DNA of 15,570 nucleotides, taken from assembly GCA_043767805.1 (NCBI GenBank), contig JAYUGC010000050.1, positions 1 through 15,570 of the forward strand, written 5' to 3'. This document shows, one piece after another, positions 1 to 6,404 of this stretch; positions within the stretch are counted from its first letter, which is position 1, and every line of letters begins with the position of its first letter. The stretch comes from Pseudomonadota bacterium (GTDB lineage: Bacteria > Bdellovibrionota > FAC87 > UBA2466). The translations under genes and the position numbers were made by a program. Under the pieces are notes generated by a model, which searched no databases, was not told the DNA's origin, and was given only the letters and a program-made list of their open reading frames with translations.

Positions 1-925
1 CAATCAAGGAAGACAGCGGGAACTGGAGCAGCAGGCCCACGCCGCCAATGAGAAAGAGCAGGACCACCGAGAAATTGACGGCGATTTTGCGCACGGGCGC
101 CATGGCGACGCTTTTTAACGTCTCGACGAACATGACTACGTTCGTGTTGGGAACCTCGTAGAAGAACCCGTAAGCGGGTCCCTGATCGGCTTCGAACTCG
201 AGCTGACCCTGATTCAAGGGAGCGGCGATGAACTGCTGGATGAGCTTTCTCGTGATGTAGTTGTTCTGGGTGATTTCCTGATCGTTTGAGAAAACGAGGC
301 GGCCTTCCTTGGTCAGCAGATAAAGCGTGTTCTTGTCGGGGCTCTTCACCGTTTCGCCGAGCCATTTACTCAGGTCGATTTTCCACATGGCGAAATAGGC
401 GCCGGAGGGCGTATTAGCCCCGAGCCAGCGCTGAAGGCTTCCGCCTCCGGAGGCTATGGTGAGAAAATGCTCGCCCGCGAATTGAAGGATCGTCCATTTG
501 GCGCCGAGCTTCGCGGTGGCCAGGTGAAGATCGTTGGGGCTCAAGGATTCCGGAAAATCGCCCCGGATTTTCATGAGCGTGCCGGACTCGGAGACTTTCA
601 AAATGACGTCGGGAGGCAAGTCCTCGCCGCCCGGGCGCCCTCGGAACTGCTCGAAAGTGTGAATGAGGTGGTTGCCTTGGCTTTCCAGCTCCAAAAAGAG
701 AATCGCCCAAGTGTCGGTTAGCTTATTCTTATAGACGACGCTCAAGGCGTAGATACCCGCCATGCCGCCCGCGAGAAAGATCGCGGCGAGAACCGTACTG
801 AGCAGAAGGCCCGCGATGGTCAGCCGAGGCTTGCGCAGCCGCTTGACCTTGGCTTTTCCGTCGGCCGCCGCCGTTTCGGCGACTTTGAGCTTTGGCGGCT
901 TCGCTTTTTTTGGCTTAGTGGCCAT
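1..925 (-). CDS. Membrane-bound sensor protein (TM1 - periplasmic Cache-like domain - TM2); 3' end and output domain lie outside the window
   Basis: Manual translation from ATG at 925 is open to position 1 (308 codons): MATKPKKAKPPKLK...LTIAGLLLSTVLAAIFLAGGMAGIYALSVVY (TM1)...TLYLLTKEGRLVFSND...AYGFFYEVPNTNVVMFVE (Cache/PAS-like strands)...IAVNFSVVLLFLIGGVGLLLQFPLSSLI (TM2). The start overlaps the last 11 nt of motB. Not in the ORF track because it has no stop in the window. Confidence 0.8.
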   Translation of the reverse strand, partial: MATKPKKAKPPKLKVAETAAADGKAKVKRLRKPRLTIAGLLLSTVLAAIFLAGGMAGIYALSVVYKNKLTDTWAILFLELESQGNHLIHTFEQFRGRPGGEDLPPDVILKVSESGTLMKIRGDFPESLSPNDLHLATAKLGAKWTILQFAGEHFLTIASGGGSLQRWLGANTPSGAYFAMWKIDLSKWLGETVKSPDKNTLYLLTKEGRLVFSNDQEITQNNYITRKLIQQFIAAPLNQGQLEFEADQGPAYGFFYEVPNTNVVMFVETLKSVAMAPVRKIAVNFSVVLLFLIGGVGLLLQFPLSSLI

Positions 926-1748
926 TCTTTTCCTTCTTTACGACGATGTGCACGCGCCGGTTCCGCTCCATGTTCTCGGCAATCCAGGATCCGTTCGCCC
1001 GGCGTTCGGGGAAGAGAGGCTCGATGGAGGCCATGGCACGGGTCAAAATCATTTTTTGAGGGACGCCCTGGTTGATGAGCTCTTCCGCGACCGCGCCTGC
1101 GCGCGCAGCCGAAAGCGACCAGTTGTTCGGATACAAAGATTTTTTCGAAGGCAGGGCGGAGTCGGTGTGGCCGACGATTTCGATGGCAAGCAGCCCTTTG
1201 ATGCGGCTCAAGTAGCGGGCGATGCGCCGGATGCCGATTTTCGCGTCGTTGGTAAGCTCCGCCGTGCCGCCCATAAAAAGCATGCCGCCGGGAAGGGCGA
1301 GCTCCACGCGGTCTTCCTTGTCCATCATCTGGGCTTTGAGCTTGGAGAGTACGTTGTCTTCTTTCGTCTCCATGCCTTCCATGAGCGCCTCTCGCGCCAT
1401 GGCGAGATTCTGCGTCTCGGCCACTTGCTTTTCGATTTTATCAACGGCCGCTTCCACGTTCTCACCGAGGTTCAGCATGGCGACGAGAAGCTGAAGCGCG
1501 CGGATTTGGCGCGCTTGCATCATCATGCCCACTTCGGTCTTGGTCTGAGCGGCTTTGACGTCGCCCTTGAAAGCTTCGGCGAGCTGCTTGCTCACGGAGT
1601 TGAACTTCTGATCGTCGACAGTAGAAAAGCTATACAAGATGACGAAGAAGCCGAAGAGAAGCGTCATCATGTCCGCGTAGGACACGATCCATAGCTCTCC
1701 TTCCTCTCCCCCACCTCGATGTGGCTTTTTTATGTCTCTGCCTAACAA
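915..1748 (-). CDS. motB: MotB-family stator protein (N-terminal TM with ion-binding Asp, C-terminal OmpA-like peptidoglycan-binding domain)
   Basis: WIVSYADMMTLLFGFFVILY matches the MotB TM motif; GHTDS...NNWSLSAARA...NRRVHIVV are OmpA_C motifs; TTG start with AAAGGA upstream; directly downstream of motA. Confidence 0.95.
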   Translation of the reverse strand: MLGRDIKKPHRGGGEEGELWIVSYADMMTLLFGFFVILYSFSTVDDQKFNSVSKQLAEAFKGDVKAAQTKTEVGMMMQARQIRALQLLVAMLNLGENVEAAVDKIEKQVAETQNLAMAREALMEGMETKEDNVLSKLKAQMMDKEDRVELALPGGMLFMGGTAELTNDAKIGIRRIARYLSRIKGLLAIEIVGHTDSALPSKKSLYPNNWSLSAARAGAVAEELINQGVPQKMILTRAMASIEPLFPERRANGSWIAENMERNRRVHIVVKKEKNGH

Positions 1749-1766
1749 AAACTATCCTTTCAAACT

Positions 1767-2588
1767 CTAGGCCGCCTGCTTGGGCGCCGCCGTCGGACGT
1801 GAAGGCTTGGTCTGTCTGCCGCGCTCGCTCGGGAGGAGGAAGGATTTCACCTTTTCTTCGACGAACTGAGTCGGCTTGTCGGCCGCAATCAACATGATCC
1901 CTTCCACCACCATGCGGCGGGAGATGAGGTCTTCCTTGCTCTGTTGCATGAGCTGCTCGGCGATCGGAATGAAAACGAAGTTCGAGAGCACGATTCCGTA
2001 AAGCGTCGCGACGAGAGCGATGGACATGGAGGGCCCGATGGCGTTCTTGCTGCCTTCCGAGCCTAAAGACTGGAGCAGCGCGATCATGCCGAGAGTCGTA
2101 CCGAGAAGACCGAAGGCGGGCGGAAAGCGCGACATCACGCGAAAGATTTCCGACTCGCCCAAATAGCGCTCGTAATGCGTTTCAGCGCGGGTCTCCAGCA
2201 GTTCGCGCAGGTCTTCGTGGGAGACTTCGGCGTCGAGCCAAAAGAGCACGTTGCCGGCGTCTTTCAGAAAGAGGTCGTCGACCTTGTTGACCGCCTGCTC
2301 GAAAGCCTGGCGGCCGCGGCGCGAGGCCTGCGAGAGGCCGATGATTTCCTGGATGAGGCCCGGGTAGTTGCGCTTGCTCTTGCCGATGACGCGGCGGAAG
2401 AACACTTTAAAGAGGCTGAAGATCTTGGGAAGCGAGAAGCAGACGCAGCTCGCGGCGACCGTGCCGCCGATTACGATTAGAATCGCGTGCTCGTCTAGAA
2501 AGACGTGGTAGTCCTTCGCCGAGCGGGCGACAGCCACCACAAATACGGTAATCGATAGTAGGAACCCGACCATCGAGGATAAATTCAT
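1767..2588 (-). CDS. motA: MotA/PomA-family stator protein
   Basis: AILIVIGGTVAA (TM2), PPAFGLLGTTLGMI (TM3), IGPSMSIALVATLYG...FIPIA (TM4); cytoplasmic SRRGRQAFE retains Arg and Glu at the torque-generating positions; AGGAG RBS at 2594-2598. Confidence 0.95.
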   Translation of the reverse strand: MNLSSMVGFLLSITVFVVAVARSAKDYHVFLDEHAILIVIGGTVAASCVCFSLPKIFSLFKVFFRRVIGKSKRNYPGLIQEIIGLSQASRRGRQAFEQAVNKVDDLFLKDAGNVLFWLDAEVSHEDLRELLETRAETHYERYLGESEIFRVMSRFPPAFGLLGTTLGMIALLQSLGSEGSKNAIGPSMSIALVATLYGIVLSNFVFIPIAEQLMQQSKEDLISRRMVVEGIMLIAADKPTQFVEEKVKSFLLPSERGRQTKPSRPTAAPKQAA

Positions 2589-2615
2589 GACTTCTCCTAA
2601 GCAGCACTAAAATCG

Positions 2616-4874
2616 TTATCCGGTTTTCTTCACCGGAGGCTTGGGCGGCGGCGAGGCCTGAGGCGTCACCGTTTTTTGCCCAATCGGCGTGGGCGTTGTT
2701 TTCTGGCCCATATTCGTGTTTTCCGTCGTTAAAGGTTTGAGGCCCGGGGAGGCCTTCGTGGCGCTGGCGGCGGCTCCCGCGCGAGCGATGCCGGTGTTGG
2801 TTCCGGTACTCGCGGGCTCTTTGCCCTTGCCGAAGGATCCTCCTCCGCCGCCCGCCGCCGCGGCCTTGGCCGTTTTGTCGCCGTCCCGGCGGATGACGCT
2901 GGTGAGCATGCCTTGCTCTTTCATGTCGGCGAGCTTCTTGACGATGACGTCCCGGACTCGTTTGAAAGCATATTGGGCTTGTCGGCCTCCGCGGCTCGAC
3001 AAGCTTTCGAACTCTTCCGCGATCATGCCCTTACGGCGGGCGGGCAGGCCCTGCATGATGACCTTGCGCTCGTCGTCCCGCACACCCAAGGCGAGGGCGG
3101 CGACGTCTTTATTGGAGAGCCCTTCGATGATTTCCGTGCGCGCTTCCTCGGTGAGCTTAAAGAGCGTGCGGATGGTGATGACGTTCTCACGGAAATAGAG
3201 ATCGAGGCGGGGATCCGAGGAAAGCTCGCGGACGATTTCTTCCGAGAGATCATCTTCGGCCGCTTCGATGATCTCTTTATAGACTTTGAGGAACGGACGC
3301 TGGGCATCGGACTTGGTGCGGTTCAAGATGGCTTCGATGCCGCGCATGAGGTCCGCGTCCTGATTGTTCGATTTCTCCGCTTCCGGCATTTTCGAAAGCA
3401 GGCCCAGGACCTTCGAGTAATTCTTGTTCGATGAGCCCTTCAAGCCGGCGAGCAGCATCGCGATCTTCGTGGCGTCGAGATAGAGGAAGAGGCGCGGCAT
3501 GAGCTCGGGCGCGAGCTCGATGGCTACGTTGGCCAAATCTTCGTCGGTGAGCTGGAGGACTTTTTCCGCGACCTTGTCGCTGGGGCGTCCGCGAGCCATG
3601 TCGAGAGAGTCGACGAGAAGTCTCGTTTTCAGCTCTTCGCCGGCCTCTAACATCATTTCCACTTTGGTGCTCTCGTAAGCGCCTTCCCGCATGAACTTTA
3701 AAATCGCTTCTTGAGAGTTGAGGCCGAGGCGCTTGAACATCTCGGTCGCCATTTCCCGGCCCAAGAGCTCGAGGGTGACCACCGCGCGGCCCACCGTCGC
3801 GGGGTTCGCGAGGAGCTGGGTGAGCTGACGGAGAATGACGGCTTCCGTGTTCTCGTTGGCGCTTTCCAAAATCTCGACCCGCAATTTCCCGAAATGCGTT
3901 TGCAGGGATTCCATCGGCAATGACGCGAGCCCGTGGCTCTTGTGCCCGCCTTCGCTGATGAACTTGCCTTCCATCACTTTCGGATCGGAGGAGCTGGGCG
4001 CGGCGACTCCCGTCGCGACGCCAATATTTGAGCCGACGCTCTCAACGGCCGCCGCCATGGTGGTGAAGGCATTGGTCAGGTTCTTGCCGGCCCCGCTGAT
4101 GCTTCTGCCCGCGAACCAAAGGCCCAAGAGGATGCAACCGAAGACGGCGACGATGACACCGAGGATGGCCCAGAGGGTCCATTTACCGAGGAAACCTTCT
4201 TGCTGATTCGCGCGCGCCAGATCGCGGCCGAGGCGATCGTTCTCGGCCTTCATGCGATCCAGGTTGTTTTTCAGCTCGCTCTTTTCCTGGCGCCAGGCAT
4301 CGGTATCGATCTCGATGCCGAGGTCGCCGAAGCGCACGCGGTCGCCGCGTTTTTGACTGAGCTCAAGCTCTTTGAAAAGGAGCTGCTGCAACCGGTTCTT
4401 GGTGCTGGCCAGACGGGCGGTGAGCAGAACTTCCAGCTCCACTTTCTGCACGTACGTTCCCAGCTCTTCGGTGGAGCGAGATAGAATGAGGCCCGACGGA
4501 TCGTAGGGCGTGAGCGGCAAAGCCTTCTTGGTCGGAGTCACGTTGACTGACACTTGGAACTCTCTCGCCGGGATGTAGCGCTCGAGCAGCTCGCGCGCTC
4601 TTTGCTCGAAGGCTTCCGTCAGAACGGCTTTCGTGTCGACGGTCTGGATCTTGCGGTTCTCGACGTCGGCCCCGATCGGCGGTCTCGCGGTCCCTCTGGC
4701 TTTTGCCGCGTCGCCGGTTTCCGGCGTGCTGCCGGGTCTTGCGCCTTTCGCGGGTTGGGCCCTTTCGCCAAAAGCGGACGACGCACCGGTGCCAGCGAGC
4801 AAAAAGCAAACGACGAAGGTCCACAACTGGAGCCGTTGTCGTCGATATTTAGGTTTTGCTTTTCTTACACTCAT
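2616..4874 (-). CDS. FliF(RBM3)-TM-FliG fusion protein; putative single-chain rotor
   Basis: N-terminal signal peptide (...FVVCFLLAGTGASSAFG). EQRARELLERYIP..FQVSVNV / VQKVELEVLL / LSQKRGDRVRF resembles FliF RBM3 (~4320-4622). TM at ~4107-4181. RAVVTLELLGREMATEMFKRLG resembles FliG_N. ENVITIRTLFKL...DVAALALGV...GLPARRKGMIAEEFE...IVKKLADMKEQG resembles FliG_C (~2904-3188). Low-complexity C-terminal tail. Confidence 0.8.
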   Translation of the reverse strand: MSVRKAKPKYRRQRLQLWTFVVCFLLAGTGASSAFGERAQPAKGARPGSTPETGDAAKARGTARPPIGADVENRKIQTVDTKAVLTEAFEQRARELLERYIPAREFQVSVNVTPTKKALPLTPYDPSGLILSRSTEELGTYVQKVELEVLLTARLASTKNRLQQLLFKELELSQKRGDRVRFGDLGIEIDTDAWRQEKSELKNNLDRMKAENDRLGRDLARANQQEGFLGKWTLWAILGVIVAVFGCILLGLWFAGRSISGAGKNLTNAFTTMAAAVESVGSNIGVATGVAAPSSSDPKVMEGKFISEGGHKSHGLASLPMESLQTHFGKLRVEILESANENTEAVILRQLTQLLANPATVGRAVVTLELLGREMATEMFKRLGLNSQEAILKFMREGAYESTKVEMMLEAGEELKTRLLVDSLDMARGRPSDKVAEKVLQLTDEDLANVAIELAPELMPRLFLYLDATKIAMLLAGLKGSSNKNYSKVLGLLSKMPEAEKSNNQDADLMRGIEAILNRTKSDAQRPFLKVYKEIIEAAEDDLSEEIVRELSSDPRLDLYFRENVITIRTLFKLTEEARTEIIEGLSNKDVAALALGVRDDERKVIMQGLPARRKGMIAEEFESLSSRGGRQAQYAFKRVRDVIVKKLADMKEQGMLTSVIRRDGDKTAKAAAAGGGGGSFGKGKEPASTGTNTGIARAGAAASATKASPGLKPLTTENTNMGQKTTPTPIGQKTVTPQASPPPKPPVKKTG

Positions 4875-4888
4875 CCAGACCTAAAAGT

Positions 4889-4918
4889 TCCTCCGCGAAG
4901 TAGAAAGCTACGCGGGGA
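4889..4918 (-). promoter_or_regulatory. Stem-loop in the 5' leader of the FliF-FliG gene that includes a GGAGGA Shine-Dalgarno-like sequence
   Basis: Minus strand reads TCC-CCGCG-TAG-CTTT-CTA-CTT-CGCGG-A-GGA (imperfect inverted repeat); GGAGGA lies in the 3' arm, 14 nt before the ATG. Confidence 0.35.
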
Positions 4919-4932
4919 TGTCCTCGAGTGAC

Positions 4933-4959
4933 TTTTCGGGTTAAAATCTAAATAGCTTA
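4933..4959 (-). promoter_or_regulatory. Putative sigma28 (FliA)-type promoter for the fliFG-motA-motB-sensor operon
   Basis: Minus strand TAAG-N15-CCCGAAAA versus consensus TAAA-N15-GCCGATAA, in an AT-rich divergent intergenic region about 60 nt upstream of the ATG. Confidence 0.45.
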
Positions 4960-4986
4960 AGTGGGCCAAACTTCATTGATTTCGAA

Positions 4987-5553
4987 ATGCCTACCCCCTC
5001 AAAAATTGCGCTTGTTTTAGCGATGGTTAGTTTGCTCGGCGCTTGCGCAGGGCGTCGGACCGTGACCTTCATTTCTCAGGAGCCCGGAGCCCAGCTGGCG
5101 CTCGTTCCCATGGAGTCTCCGGAAAGCGAAGGTACGAAGCTCAGGAACCCCGCCGCGGTCGACCTCGCCCAAATGAAGAATAAGGCGGTGCGTATATCCG
5201 CCACGGGCAAGGCGTCTCAGTACTGGTTCTCTTCCTTGGCCCAAGCGCCGCGAGTTCAGGTGAAGATCAAGCGCCTTGGCTCGTGCGAAGGGCAGGAGGG
5301 TAACCGCAACCGGCCGACGCGCTTACTCCTCAAGGCGTATCAGGCGCTCTACTCGAAGGACTTTTCGCTCGCGCGCGACTTGGCCTCGCGCGCGTCGCTC
5401 ATCGACACGACCCTCGCGGCCCCTCATATCATCACGGGTCTAGCCTTTCTGAAGGAAGGCGACAGGCCCAAGGCCCTCGCTTCGTTTAACCAGGCCCAGG
5501 CCTTGGATCCTGAAGATAGTGAGATCGGCTCTCTCATCAGGACGGCTCAGTGA
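4987..5553 (+). CDS. Lipoprotein with N-terminal beta-rich (PEGA-like) domain and C-terminal TPR repeats
   Basis: Lipobox LGA-C after a hydrophobic stretch; VTFISQEPGAQL is a PEGA-like start; LLKAYQALYSKDFSLARDLA..., APHIITGLAFLKEGDRPKALASFNQAQALDPED is a canonical TPR pattern. Confidence 0.8.
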   Translation: MPTPSKIALVLAMVSLLGACAGRRTVTFISQEPGAQLALVPMESPESEGTKLRNPAAVDLAQMKNKAVRISATGKASQYWFSSLAQAPRVQVKIKRLGSCEGQEGNRNRPTRLLLKAYQALYSKDFSLARDLASRASLIDTTLAAPHIITGLAFLKEGDRPKALASFNQAQALDPEDSEIGSLIRTAQ

Positions 5554-6185
5554 TACGGCGGTGGACGGCTTTGGCTGTCGGGCTTTGGGCCGTGGGCGCG
5601 CAAGCCATCGACACCACCGAAAATAGGAAGTTCGATCTCATTCTTCGCTCGGCCGTCGTGGCGGGGACCGTTACCCAAGACGGCCCGGATCCGGACCGTC
5701 CCACTCTCACGATCGGCACTCCGATTAAATACGGGGGAATGCTCATCGGTTTTGGCGTGAACTACGATCTCATGCGCTGGTTCAGCCTAGGGTTAGGGGC
5801 CCATTTCATCTTGGATTTGGCTCAGGGTTCCATCACCCGAAAGGGGCTCGAGATCACCGCGGGCTTTCATCTTTTGGGTGGGGCGCGCCGGATCATGACG
5901 GAAACGGATGACATGTCCTTGATGGAAAGAGACCCCTACGCGCTGACCTTTTTAGTGCGGCCCGGGTTTCAGAGCTATACCCCCGCGAGCGCCGCCACCG
6001 CGGCGGTCCAGGTCGACGCTTCTCTCATCGCCATGGATATGGGCCTGGAGTATCGGATAGACGCAGGCGAGGGATCGTCTATATCTTTGGCATTTTTGTA
6101 TAGTCTCATTTCACTTCCAGCCTCGGTTCCGAAGGCTAAATCCGCCCTGATGACCATCGAAGCCTCCTGGCACATCTTTCTCTAG
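5550..6185 (+). CDS. Putative small outer-membrane beta-barrel protein
   Basis: GTG start overlaps the upstream stop (GTGA); signal peptide ending AQA; alternating amphipathic strands (IGFGVNYDL, FSLGLGAHF, LEITAGFHL, MDMGLEYRI, ISLAFLY); C-terminal strand IEASWHIFL. Confidence 0.7.
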   Translation: MIRRWTALAVGLWAVGAQAIDTTENRKFDLILRSAVVAGTVTQDGPDPDRPTLTIGTPIKYGGMLIGFGVNYDLMRWFSLGLGAHFILDLAQGSITRKGLEITAGFHLLGGARRIMTETDDMSLMERDPYALTFLVRPGFQSYTPASAATAAVQVDASLIAMDMGLEYRIDAGEGSSISLAFLYSLISLPASVPKAKSALMTIEASWHIFL

Positions 6186-6226
6186 ATCCCAAGCCTAGTT
6201 AGCCTCAAGCCTTTGCCTCTACGCGT

Positions 6227-6261
6227 CATACCGGCTATACTCAAACCATAGCGGTATGTTT
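6227..6261 (+). terminator. Stem-loop downstream of the beta-barrel gene, possible intrinsic terminator
   Basis: CATACC-G-GCTAT / 9-nt loop / ATAGC-GGTATG (11 bp with one bulge), followed by only TTT, so the U-tract is weak. Confidence 0.35.
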
Positions 6262-6351
6262 GCGACGTGGTACGTAGCTTTAGTTTCGTCTCCTTTCCTC
6301 GCTCCTCTTTCCTAGCTGAACCGCTAAAAAACTCCCTTTTATCGCAACGCA

Positions 6352-6379
6352 TAAAGTTTTCGGTTCGTTCTGCCGATCT
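6352..6379 (+). promoter_or_regulatory. Sigma28 (FliA/SigD)-type promoter
   Basis: TAAAGTTT-N12-GCCGATCT, close to the extended consensus TAAAGTTT-N11-GCCGATAA, ending 25 nt before ATG 6405. Confidence 0.7.
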
Positions 6380-6404
6380 AAACGCTGAGCCCCCTGAAGT
6401 ACGT

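Noticed and set aside
762..1694. 310-aa plus-strand ORF and other plus-strand ORFs between 467 and 4931
   Set aside because: Antisense shadows of the sensor, motB, motA and rotor genes, typical of GC-rich DNA, with no recognisable motifs.
915..2588. Zorya ZorAB, ExbBD/TolQR or AglRQS identity for the stator pair
   Set aside because: The A subunit has the flagellar MotA layout with no long ZorA tail, the B subunit has the MotB W-x-x-x-Y-A-D motif plus an OmpA-like domain, and a FliG-like partner is adjacent.
2616..4874. MgtE N-terminal domain protein or plain FliG
   Set aside because: No CBS or MgtE membrane domain; torque-helix charges are present; it has a signal peptide, RBM3-like domain and TM helix that plain FliG lacks.
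6215..6270. c-di-GMP-I riboswitch-like GCAAAC...GACGC on the minus strand
   Set aside because: It lacks the GNRA tetraloop, the second stem with its receptor, and a downstream gene in that orientation.
6267..6404. 46-codon N-terminal extension of the giant ORF in the ORF track
   Set aside because: It would bury the lipoprotein signal peptide and it overlaps the sigma28-like promoter; ATG 6405 is the better start.
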